A stretch of DNA of 64,000 bases from IMG/VR virus record IMGVR_UViG_3300025237_000002, positions 32,001 to 96,000 of that record, one strand, 5' to 3'. The notes under the pieces are model-generated. The model worked only from the letters and a program-made list of their open reading frames with translations. It made no database searches and was not told where the DNA came from. Position 1 is the first letter of the stretch; each line of letters starts with the position of its first letter. Source of the stretch: a virus. Shown piece by piece: positions 48,295 through 56,849 of the stretch. Position numbers and translations under genes: made by a program.

Positions 48295-48756
48295 ATGAAT
48301 ATGCTCAACAATGTCAAAAACAAGTGGAAATGGACTGTCAAAACATCTAATATGATTAAAGATAATAAATTCGAACTACCAAAAATAAGAAAGTTATTCT
48401 ACTACTTCTTCCCATTTAAAGGAAAAGAGGTGAGACTTAAATTTAAACCAGCTTGGTACGGTGGTGGATATATGGAACTGAAGTATTCAGTCAATGGTGG
48501 TAAATGGTATAATATCCTTGAAGTTGTTGAAGATTTAAGCATGTCTGGTGGATGGTATTGGTTTAGACATGCGAAAACTTGGTCAACCGAATATGGCGCA
48601 CTTAAACTATCTGACATGTATGAGAGATATGGCACGCAAGGACAACTTCTTAAAATGATTGACGATGTGTACGATGAGCAGAAAAAGAAAAATAAAGTCA
48701 TTGATGATGCTAAAAGAAAACATAATAAGAATATAAATGATACGCTAAACTCATGA
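48295..48756 (+). CDS. hypothetical protein
   Basis: 153 aa; start uncertain. Confidence 0.6.
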   Translation: MNMLNNVKNKWKWTVKTSNMIKDNKFELPKIRKLFYYFFPFKGKEVRLKFKPAWYGGGYMELKYSVNGGKWYNILEVVEDLSMSGGWYWFRHAKTWSTEYGALKLSDMYERYGTQGQLLKMIDDVYDEQKKKNKVIDDAKRKHNKNINDTLNS

Positions 48757-49058
48757 ATATTGTAGATGAAGACATGGCTCACCATGAAAAACTAAGGTTG
48801 ATGAAAGGTCCTGAAAATATAAAAGCTGGATTCTATTACGCACCATATATCCCAGTAACAGAAGCTATCATGGTAAATGGTGAGTACACTTGGCATAGAA
48901 ACAAATGGAAGAACTTCTTCCTGAAGGTAAAATACTTCTTTAAAAAACCACAATACCTTAAACATTTGGAAAAATCTAGGTATGAAATTAAAAAAGTTAA
49001 TCCTAAATTCTATGGCACTTTAAAAATAAATGAAGAAACATTAGATGAAACGAAATAA
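48753..49058 (+). CDS. hypothetical protein with AGFYYAPYIP motif
   Basis: motif resembles the C-terminal segment of T4-like major capsid proteins. Confidence 0.6.
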   Translation: MNIVDEDMAHHEKLRLMKGPENIKAGFYYAPYIPVTEAIMVNGEYTWHRNKWKNFFLKVKYFFKKPQYLKHLEKSRYEIKKVNPKFYGTLKINEETLDETK

Positions 49059-49094
49059 TTGTTGTATCTTTGTAATCTAAATAAGTTAAGCACT

Positions 49095-49289
49095 ATGAGT
49101 TTCATTCACAGAATATTTTTAAAAAAAAGAATTACAAAAAGAATTATTCTTTTACAAGGTAAACTAGGTTATTATGCGGGTAGAGGTATAATGAATACTG
49201 GGATTAGGTCAAGTAACACAGAAGAATATGACTTAAAAGCTAGAACATGTAGAGAAAAGATAGATAGTTTACAAGAATTAATAAATTAA
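49095..49289 (+). CDS. hypothetical protein
   Basis: start downstream of promoter at 49065. Confidence 0.55.
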   Translation: MSFIHRIFLKKRITKRIILLQGKLGYYAGRGIMNTGIRSSNTEEYDLKARTCREKIDSLQELIN

Positions 49290-49503
49290 TACCATGAAAC
49301 AAACATTATTTAATTGTACAAGTGAAATAGGTATTGAATGGCATCGAAAAGAACCTGTGGGATATTATTTCGGTGATGATGGTTTATTATACAAAGAACG
49401 GGTCATCACTAGAGAGAATTACCCGTTCCCTTGGGGAGTTGGGTATAGAAAACATTTTAACAGTTGAACATTAGAATAATAATTACTATTAAATAAATAA
49501 AAC

Positions 49504-49872
49504 ATGAAAAAATTATATTACTTAATTATATTGATACTATTAGTATCTTGTGGTAACTCTGAAACTGAAGATATAGAAGTTAATACTATACAAAATGAAC
49601 ACTCAGATATATGTACCCATGTATCAAAACTGAAGATTGGTGATTATCAGTTGGATGAAGATGGAAACCTAGTAATTTCAAATAGAATTAAAATTCATCC
49701 AGCAAAAGTATCTGATGGTAATGTAAGATATAGTTTTATATATGATAATGAACCAACAAAGATTTTTACATATCATACTGCCCATAAATCAATAGATAAA
49801 ATGGTAGATTTTTTATGTCACGAATTTAATGAAAACTATAAAGGTAATATTAAACCGTTTATATATAAATAA
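49504..49872 (+). CDS. putative lipoprotein
   Basis: LIILILLVSC lipobox. Confidence 0.7.
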   Translation: MKKLYYLIILILLVSCGNSETEDIEVNTIQNEHSDICTHVSKLKIGDYQLDEDGNLVISNRIKIHPAKVSDGNVRYSFIYDNEPTKIFTYHTAHKSIDKMVDFLCHEFNENYKGNIKPFIYK

Positions 49873-49879
49873 TTTCACT

Positions 49880-50218
49880 ATGAATAAAAATATGGAACAA
49901 CAAATATTAGTGCAGAATTTGAAAACTCTTAAAGAAGATTTTCTTGAGAAAATTAAAAAAGTGAATGAAGATAAACATCGTCATTCTTTTAAACATATAT
50001 ATAGCTTATGTATTACAAGTAACTTTGAAGGGTGGTTTCTGGACTATCTTAAAGAAACTCACCTTAATAAAAAAGTATTCTACGATGTATCCAATATTTC
50101 TGTTAACAAAGTATTCAAAACTAAAGATGCTATATATTATTGGCACCCATTTAATTCAGAACCAAGAATTAATTGGTTGAATAAAAGAATTGAAATAGAA
50201 TCATCTAAACTTAAATAA
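49880..50218 (+). CDS. hypothetical protein (paralog of 42007-42363)
   Basis: YSLC...WHP....R..WL.K.I.IES. Confidence 0.65.
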   Translation: MNKNMEQQILVQNLKTLKEDFLEKIKKVNEDKHRHSFKHIYSLCITSNFEGWFLDYLKETHLNKKVFYDVSNISVNKVFKTKDAIYYWHPFNSEPRINWLNKRIEIESSKLK

Positions 50219-50219
50219 T

Positions 50220-50417
50220 ATGAACGATATTCTAGACCGAATTTTTAATAGATGGACAAAATGGGAAGTTCATGAAAGTGATAAAGAATTTATGAAATCA
50301 CGAGTGAATCATGCCACAGGATTCGAAAGCACCCCACACAGTGTTATCTGCGATGTGATGAAGAGAACCAATAAGTATACAGGAATGATTCAATACAAAA
50401 CAATAGAGAAACAATGA
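50220..50417 (+). CDS. hypothetical protein
   Basis: 65 aa. Confidence 0.6.
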   Translation: MNDILDRIFNRWTKWEVHESDKEFMKSRVNHATGFESTPHSVICDVMKRTNKYTGMIQYKTIEKQ

Positions 50418-50698
50418 TACCTAAAGTAACATTCATCAATAGCAAAATCCTAAAGGATAGAAAACCTAGGGTAGATATCATTAGATGTGAACAACTAATA
50501 ATGTTGTTCAATCAAAAAATAGAAGATGGTGATACATCTAAAAACGTCTTTCACCTTAATACTGTAACAGACAACGCACCACTATTAAATGATGATGAAT
50601 TTAACGTATGTTATCTGATGAGCAAACAAGAAGGTTGGAAACTATCTAAACAAGGCGATAATTACCAATCAATATCATATAAACTAGAAGTAGACTAA
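50414..50698 (+). CDS. hypothetical protein
   Basis: 94 aa, coupled. Confidence 0.6.
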   Translation: MIPKVTFINSKILKDRKPRVDIIRCEQLIMLFNQKIEDGDTSKNVFHLNTVTDNAPLLNDDEFNVCYLMSKQEGWKLSKQGDNYQSISYKLEVD

Positions 50699-50760
50699 TT
50701 GCTACCCCAGTAACAATTAATGGCTAATTAACCGATTAATTGCTATCAGGGTGACAATAT
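50696..50760. promoter_or_regulatory. pair of related imperfect palindromes (operator-like)
   Basis: TAATTGCTAC-CCCA-GTAACAATTA and TAATTGCTAT-CAGG-GTGACAATAT, 41 bp apart. Confidence 0.5.
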
Positions 50761-50782
50761 CACAACTCTAAAACAATACAAT

Positions 50783-51223
50783 ATGAAAACAAGAAAAGGA
50801 ACAGGTAAAATATTCTATAGAGTAGAATATCAAGGTAGACTATCTGAATATAAAATCATTGAATTCAAAAACGATAAACCAGTATACAAAATTACACAAC
50901 TAACGGATATTAGAAATGACGTATATAAACTTATCCCTGAAGAAAATAGAAACTCAATTGGAACATCTAATTTTGGATTAGAACTAATAATAGAAGATAA
51001 AGGTTTCTTTAAATCAATCGATGATGCCAAAAAGAAATCCCTTGAACGTTTCAATAAAGAAGTTAACCCAAATGGAATGTATAAAGTAGCAAGATACTTT
51101 GATGATGTATGGGAAGCTTACGAATCAAAAGAATTATCCAAAACGGATGCAAAGTCTCTAGCAAGAGAATTAAACCAAAAACCAAGACATTACGTAAGCT
51201 ATGGAATAATACCAGTATCCTAA
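50783..51223 (+). CDS. hypothetical protein
   Basis: 146 aa. Confidence 0.7.
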   Translation: MKTRKGTGKIFYRVEYQGRLSEYKIIEFKNDKPVYKITQLTDIRNDVYKLIPEENRNSIGTSNFGLELIIEDKGFFKSIDDAKKKSLERFNKEVNPNGMYKVARYFDDVWEAYESKELSKTDAKSLARELNQKPRHYVSYGIIPVS

Positions 51224-51234
51224 AAACAATAGCA

Positions 51235-51612
51235 ATGATGACACAAGAAATGAAAGATAGTATAGACTCAGAGAAGAGTGAAATAAAGAACTTCCTTAAT
51301 AAACTAAAGCAAGGAGATTGTACTGATGGTAAAAAGATTATACCTGAAGTATATTGCGTAAATAAGAAGGAAAATGGTGAACCTGACTTAGATGTGTTGG
51401 GAGCTGGTGATATGTGGCTATATTACATATCTATCTCATTCCATTACAATAAGTATTTCTATTCAATGTTCTTAAACCGTAGTAAATATGACGATAGGAT
51501 GCGTGTACTTTACTCTAATACTTGCGGAAACCCAAAAGATTGTAAAAGAATGCTAGAGGAAGTAGGTGGATTCGCAAATGTAGAATTAGACCCAAGAGGA
51601 CATCCAGAATAA
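51235..51612 (+). CDS. hypothetical protein
   Basis: ATG 51235 after A-rich leader. Confidence 0.65.
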   Translation: MMTQEMKDSIDSEKSEIKNFLNKLKQGDCTDGKKIIPEVYCVNKKENGEPDLDVLGAGDMWLYYISISFHYNKYFYSMFLNRSKYDDRMRVLYSNTCGNPKDCKRMLEEVGGFANVELDPRGHPE

Positions 51613-51630
51613 CACCATAAAACAAAAACT

Positions 51631-51948
51631 ATGATAACAGAACAACAATATTCAACCGCAAAACAAATAGTACAACAATATAAAGAACAACAGTTTCAAC
51701 CTATAGGACAATTCGAAATAATAAAAGGAATTGTACACTGCAAATGTGGGAAGAAAGCAGTAGACCTTAGAAATAATGGAGTGTACCTATGTAGAGGTAT
51801 AACTGTACCACATGGTTGTACATATAAAAAACCCATTGAAAAAATAATAGAACATCCATGTATATGTGATGAAATACGTAACGCTAATAAAGACCCTAAT
51901 ACAATAGCTACTGGATTCTGTATGAAACATAAAACCTCTTGGCTATAA
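51631..51948 (+). CDS. Cys/His-rich putative zinc-binding protein
   Basis: CKCG, LC, HGC, CIC, C..H. Confidence 0.65.
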   Translation: MITEQQYSTAKQIVQQYKEQQFQPIGQFEIIKGIVHCKCGKKAVDLRNNGVYLCRGITVPHGCTYKKPIEKIIEHPCICDEIRNANKDPNTIATGFCMKHKTSWL

Positions 51949-52083
51949 TAGAAGTATATAAAAAAATCTAACACATAAAAATTATATAAGGAAGTTGTCT
52001 TTTATTAGAACAGATAACTAAGAATATCTAGTAGCATTAATTCATTCTTAGGTTAGTGCCAATTTCCTTATTACATAACACAG

Positions 52084-52363
52084 ACACAATTGTGTACCCG
52101 AAAAAATTATATATATAAATCCATACACACATCACCCTTACATACACTTTTGTGTTGACCAAAAATCAATCCTTATATACACACCTATTAGAGCACCTAC
52201 GTACACTTTTGTGTTGGGGGAACTAAGAGGGAGTGATAAACCACTAGAAGGGAGATATGTGCGTCTGAGAGGTACTTTAATATACCCCTTTCTGTTATCA
52301 TACGACACGTTTCGGTTATTTCGATGTTACCACCTTTTACCACTTTTTACCACTAAAACCCAC
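52084..52363. repeat. phased palindromes and 10-bp-period repeats (origin/terminus-like)
   Basis: ACAC-N4-GTGT at 52084, 52144, 52203; TTACCAC at 52327, 52337, 52347. Confidence 0.7.
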
Positions 52364-52746
52364 AATTTGGTGTAGGCGGTCATTGGCGAAATATCCTACA
52401 TCTTAAATGCAGAGCGACCTGTAAATAAAATTATTAATATTTTACAAATATTTTTGGGAATGCTCATGGCAAGCCCAGTGCCCCTTACGGGCATAATTGG
52501 AGGGTTATATAAGGCACATTTAAAAAAAGAGCATGACGGTGTGCGCAGCGGTAGATGCCATGGTCCATAAAATATATTTCGATTTGTTGTAAGAAAAATC
52601 CTCACCTCTATATGTAGGGTTTGAGCAGTTCTCATCCATTCCACCTGTAAGGTATTTCTTACAAAGTAGATGCAACAAGTCATCCCAAGAACAATTACGT
52701 TTTTGGGTTGGAGGGTGTGTTCGAGTATGTCCCCGAATCTGTTTCA

Positions 52747-52754
52747 CAAAGATA
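52747..52754 (-). promoter_or_regulatory. Bacteroidetes -7 promoter element pointing into the non-coding hub
   Basis: CAAAGATA on + strand = TATCTTTG on - strand. Confidence 0.65.
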
Positions 52755-52921
52755 CAACAAATAAGTCGTATAAAAAAATAAATAACGTTAGGATATTAAA
52801 AATAATTGTTGTATCTTTATAACGTCATCGTTGGTAGTTGGAGTCAAAAATTTGAGTATAGGGTTCTGCGGAGTCTACTCTTCTAACTTGTTAGGTCAGC
52901 CCTTACCATCTTGGTACACTA

Positions 52922-52953
52922 CAAAGATAAGGAATATAATTGGTTCTACCTAA
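52922..52953 (-). promoter_or_regulatory. Bacteroidetes-type promoter, leftward
   Basis: minus strand TTAGGTAGAACCAA...TATCTTTG. Confidence 0.75.
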
Positions 52954-53063
52954 TTAAATCACATTTATTTTTAAATTAGATAAATTAAAAGTGCTAACTA
53001 TAGTATGTTGTGGGCACGGCTATGATATACTATCTTTGCAGCTAACAATTAAAACTATCTATT

Positions 53064-53264
53064 ATGAATTACTATTATGAAATACACGTAACAGGCAAGA
53101 ATGGATTTTCTACAGCAGTCATTGCTGATATGCCAATGGAAGATGATGATATCATACTTAAGGCATATGAGGATGACATCCTACATGATGATGATTGCCA
53201 TTATATTGATTATATTCAGGAGCTGTCATTTGAGGATTGGAATACACACTTTAATAATATGTAA
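53064..53264 (+). CDS. small acidic hypothetical protein
   Basis: follows promoter at 53031. Confidence 0.6.
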   Translation: MNYYYEIHVTGKNGFSTAVIADMPMEDDDIILKAYEDDILHDDDCHYIDYIQELSFEDWNTHFNNM

Positions 53265-53501
53265 GAATTTTCTTGCGTATGTTATATATAATGATTATCT
53301 TTGCATTTCACTTAATAACTACATATGTTATATACAGATAAAGCAAAGATAATTAAGCAAGAGGCATTACTTCTTTTAAAAAAAGTTGGTAGTAATAAGA
53401 AGATTGGTAAGAAGGAGATGACTTGGTTCTTTAAGAAGGTTACTGACTATAAGGACACTGATGATAATATGTGGGTAACACATAAAATAGATTAGTATAA
53501 A

Positions 53502-53533
53502 TTAGGTTATGTCGAATATAAGTTGTATCTTTG
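53502..53533 (+). promoter_or_regulatory. Bacteroidetes-type promoter driving the candidate ncRNA
   Basis: TTAGG-N19-TATCTTTG. Confidence 0.75.
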
Positions 53534-53537
53534 TATT

Positions 53538-53985
53538 CAACAATTACAGTAAGATGAAGTAGGTCGATTACTTTTAAAACTAACGTAGACACCTTCCCTC
53601 AGATTATGGAAAACTGATGAGCAGCTTAAGCCAAGCAATTGGATAAGGACTAACATAGATAACAAAATAATAGGATATGGTTGAGATGAGTACTTTACAA
53701 TAACGAATACTATTATTTTAATTAACCTTAAAACTTAGAACTTATGAAATAAGCTAAAAGTACATTTTTAAAAAACTATTGATAACCTTTTAAAACTATG
53801 CGGTATGTTAGCACGGGCACCACCCATTGGGTGAAACTTAAATAAGATAAATTAAAAGAAGAATGATACTGAAGGGTTAAAGACCTTCGTGCTCTCTAGT
53901 AAGGAGCCATCCGCAAGATGAAGACCAGCAGTCGGTATTATTTGAGATGTAAAAGCCCATTGATTAATTTCAATGGGCTTTTTTT
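53538..53985 (+). ncRNA. candidate ~450-nt structured non-coding RNA
   Basis: bounded by promoter and intrinsic terminator, no ORF of 60 aa or more, at least 8 hand-found helices including a 4-way junction and possible pseudoknot. Confidence 0.6.
53951..53985. terminator. bidirectional intrinsic terminator
   Basis: AAAA-GCCCATTGA-loop-TCAATGGGC-TTTTTTT between convergent units. Confidence 0.9.
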
Positions 53986-53988
53986 ATG

Positions 53989-54363
53989 TTATAATGATTT
54001 CTTAATTAATTTATCAATTTTCTTTAATATTTTATCATCCCATTCTTCCATGGTATCATCGTGCGGTTCTTGTCCAGTTTGCGACTCGAATTCCTGAAGC
54101 ATATATTCTTTATGCTTATCCATTTCACCGTTGATAGTTGTCCACATATCACCCCATCCAGCCTCTAAGAACTGTTCAGCCCAGTCTGGTATGTTAGAAT
54201 TGAATAATTCCTTCTTTACCTTATCAATCTTAGCTAGTTTATCCAGTAGCCCTTCATTGGTAATTCCAAAACATTCATTACATACAAGTTCTTTTCCAGT
54301 TTGCCCGTCCCAAGTTCTGTAATCTTTGACTTGAGCCTCGTTTTCACAATAGTAACATTTCAT
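53989..54363 (-). CDS. hypothetical protein with N-terminal zinc ribbon
   Basis: CxxC...CxxC; own minus-strand promoter at 54391-54398. Confidence 0.75.
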   Translation of the reverse strand: MKCYYCENEAQVKDYRTWDGQTGKELVCNECFGITNEGLLDKLAKIDKVKKELFNSNIPDWAEQFLEAGWGDMWTTINGEMDKHKEYMLQEFESQTGQEPHDDTMEEWDDKILKKIDKLIKKSL

Positions 54364-54545
54364 ATTATATGGTTTTAATTAAACATACTGCAAATATACA
54401 ACTAATAATTCAATCTCACAAATAAAATATCTTGCTTAAGGTGCGTGAATAGCGGCTTAAGCAGAGGTTAGCTGCTAGAGCGTGAAGATAAATTTGCCAG
54501 GTCCAAAATAAAGTTGTATCTTTGAGGTATAAATAAATAAACAAT

Positions 54546-54821
54546 ATGAAAACGATACCTAATAATTTTGGAGTGAAAATTACCTCAGCAGATTTTGCTA
54601 GTAGTGATTATGGTAATATTAATGATTGTTCATTAGCAAAAGCAATAAAAAGAAAATTCCCTAATCATAGTGTGAATTGTGGAGCTTCTACTGTTAATAT
54701 AGGTGATATTGAATTTGATATAGTTGATGTTAATAATCAAATATGTATTAGAACTCAATCAAATTTACCAGTTAAGGGGTTTAATGTTAGATTAAACAAA
54801 TCAGAATTTCAATGGAATTAA
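54546..54821 (+). CDS. hypothetical protein
   Basis: promoter at 54517. Confidence 0.65.
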   Translation: MKTIPNNFGVKITSADFASSDYGNINDCSLAKAIKRKFPNHSVNCGASTVNIGDIEFDIVDVNNQICIRTQSNLPVKGFNVRLNKSEFQWN

Positions 54822-54837
54822 TCTTAAATTAGATAAA

Positions 54838-55047
54838 ATGAAAACTAAAACCGTACAAGTACAAATCACTAAGACTTATTACAAATCTACTACAGCTGAA
54901 GTAGAAGTACCTGAACATTTAACGGATGATGAACTTCATACGTATATTGAACAGCAAGAGGCTAAGGATTCAGAATTATCTGATAGGTTGGCTGATGCAT
55001 CTCTAAATGAGGATTTAGATGGAATAGAAATAGAAGTCTTATTTTAA
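54838..55047 (+). CDS. hypothetical protein
   Basis: repeat leader ATCTTAAATTAGATAAAATG. Confidence 0.65.
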   Translation: MKTKTVQVQITKTYYKSTTAEVEVPEHLTDDELHTYIEQQEAKDSELSDRLADASLNEDLDGIEIEVLF

Positions 55048-55132
55048 ATAAAACAAAATGAAAGAACTTTTATTTGGTAGAACCAGATATTAGTTGTATA
55101 TTTGCAGTATGTTTAATTAAAACCACAATCAC

Positions 55133-55675
55133 ATGAGTGCAACAGTTTACGATATTCCAGAAAAATTTAAAAAGACACTTCCTAATATCTTCGATGACAA
55201 TGACTTTGAGCAGTATGAAAAGCTTGAGAAGGAATGGATTGGACGACTATCAAATTACATTAGAGATAATTATGGTTCAGGTCAATACGTAGGACGAACA
55301 ATTCGTTTTCCTGTGGCTGATGGCGAAGGTATCTATATGGTAATGAGAACGTCACCAGTACAATTAATTCACTTACCTTTGATGGATGGTTACCAAAGTG
55401 AGTTTGCACATTTAATGACAGCTAAAGAGGTTAAGAAAAGAATAGATGCTTCCGATAGAATGACAGCTTACTTAAATTCTTGGAAATCTCAAACGGTTGG
55501 TGATGTTAATAAGGTAATTGAAGCTCACGGGATTAAATCTGATGAACCTAGAGAGGGTTATCAATTAGTTGAGTGGTTAAACGTTAAATACCTATTACCA
55601 ACTTACGAATCAAAGCACGGTTATGACCACGGAATTTATAAATATTTATGTAACTTGAAGTTACGTACAGTTTAA
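55133..55675 (+). CDS. hypothetical phage protein
   Basis: FPVADG...Y.V.....LIHLP..DGY; promoter at 55097. Confidence 0.75.
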   Translation: MSATVYDIPEKFKKTLPNIFDDNDFEQYEKLEKEWIGRLSNYIRDNYGSGQYVGRTIRFPVADGEGIYMVMRTSPVQLIHLPLMDGYQSEFAHLMTAKEVKKRIDASDRMTAYLNSWKSQTVGDVNKVIEAHGIKSDEPREGYQLVEWLNVKYLLPTYESKHGYDHGIYKYLCNLKLRTV

Positions 55676-55693
55676 TTTAGATAAAACAAGATT

Positions 55694-55993
55694 ATGAAAC
55701 CAATCACATATAAGTACAAGAATTTCGATATTACAATTTATGATTTCCAAGGTGATAATCATATAAACGTCACTTGCAGTTTAGAGGGTAAGTCTTTCAA
55801 TAGAGCTTATGAAGTTAAACAGGAAGTTGAATCTATTGTTATAGACGAGGAATATGTTTACCTGAATGACGGTGACGAGAATCAATTTGTAATCAAATTT
55901 GAAGGTGAGTCTTGTTTGATTATTGACACCTTTGATAATAGAGGTGAGCATCTTGAAGTGATTGGATGTCATGACTTTTATGATGACGTTTAA
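55694..55993 (+). CDS. hypothetical protein
   Basis: 99 aa acidic. Confidence 0.65.
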   Translation: MKPITYKYKNFDITIYDFQGDNHINVTCSLEGKSFNRAYEVKQEVESIVIDEEYVYLNDGDENQFVIKFEGESCLIIDTFDNRGEHLEVIGCHDFYDDV

Positions 55994-56047
55994 ATTAGGT
56001 AGAACCAAATAAAAGTTGTATCTTTGATGTAAGCAAAACAAATCATT

Positions 56048-56290
56048 ATGAAAAGACACGCAAAGAAAGCATTTACTGAATTAAAGAACTTAGGCTGTCC
56101 TGTAAAGGAGTGGCACGATGATTCCAGAGGTCATTTCTGGATTGATGCAGAAGAGCCTGAAGCTAACGAATGGTTAGATTACTGGAATGATGACTTCAGT
56201 GGTTCTGAGAAATTAGTTGAGATTCTGGAGAAAAATGATTTATATTTTGAGTGGGAAAACTCAGCTATCGCAAATGTTTATGACAATTAA
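56048..56290 (+). CDS. hypothetical protein
   Basis: promoter at 56019; L.FEW.N motif. Confidence 0.7.
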   Translation: MKRHAKKAFTELKNLGCPVKEWHDDSRGHFWIDAEEPEANEWLDYWNDDFSGSEKLVEILEKNDLYFEWENSAIANVYDN

Positions 56291-56303
56291 AACAATCACA
56301 ACT

Positions 56304-56483
56304 ATGAGTAAATTAACAGCAGAAAAAACAGAATGGTCTACGGACGAATTAACTGAGGACTTTAAAGTAATTGGGTTTGGACATGGCTATTGTGCTGTGG
56401 AGCGAAAATCAGATGGACAGAAAGGTTCTTTTGATTTTGGTGGAAGACCACGTAAGTATTTTAATTTTGTAAAAAGCAATTAG
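56304..56483 (+). CDS. hypothetical phage protein
   Basis: W.T.EL..DF.VIGF.....V.RKSDG.KGS..F...PR.YF. Confidence 0.65.
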   Translation: MSKLTAEKTEWSTDELTEDFKVIGFGHGYCAVERKSDGQKGSFDFGGRPRKYFNFVKSN

Positions 56484-56504
56484 ATTTAACTAAAACAAGA
56501 TATT

Positions 56505-56819
56505 ATGAATAGTCCAATAGCAAGTGTAGGTGAAGTAAATTTACAGACTGGTGAATTTGAATACGGTGATATATATGATTTTTGGGGTGAAGATACTACC
56601 TATGAAGTATATCGCACTAAAACTAATGAATACCGTGTAGTATCCACAGCGGGATTAGAACCAATAGTACCAATAGGGGAAACTGGTAAATTTCAAGAAG
56701 ACCAAACTGGTGAGTATTTATTTACTGGTGAATGTATTTTTGTTGCATCTGGAAATGATGGATTAAAACAAATTCAAAAAGAATATGGTACTCTAATTCA
56801 AATGGGGTGTTATAAATAA
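56505..56819 (+). CDS. hypothetical protein
   Basis: 104 aa. Confidence 0.65.
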   Translation: MNSPIASVGEVNLQTGEFEYGDIYDFWGEDTTYEVYRTKTNEYRVVSTAGLEPIVPIGETGKFQEDQTGEYLFTGECIFVASGNDGLKQIQKEYGTLIQMGCYK

Positions 56820-56849
56820 GATAGATTAAGTTTAACTAAAAACCAACCA

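Noticed and set aside
204-51974. Minus-strand ORFs in 0-52 kb from the ORF track (e.g. 2228-2656, 43505-43972, 48402-48785)
   Set aside because: Antisense shadows of well-supported + strand genes, with no motifs or promoters
52700-52745. tRNA suggested by a GTTCGAGT T-loop-like motif
   Set aside because: No T-stem, acceptor stem or cloverleaf around it
52396-52747. Minus-strand ORFs 52396-52683 and 52520-52747
   Set aside because: Atypical composition, mutually overlapping, and one start overlaps the promoter itself; a short real peptide cannot be fully excluded
53614-53660. Hammerhead ribozyme suggested by CTGATGA
   Set aside because: No GAAA core after a stem II and no matching stem I/III with an NUH site found
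53744-53752. Minigene ATG-AAA-TAA behind an A-rich leader
   Set aside because: It lies inside a hairpin of the candidate ncRNA and is easily produced by chance in AT-rich DNA; not supportable without Ribo-seq
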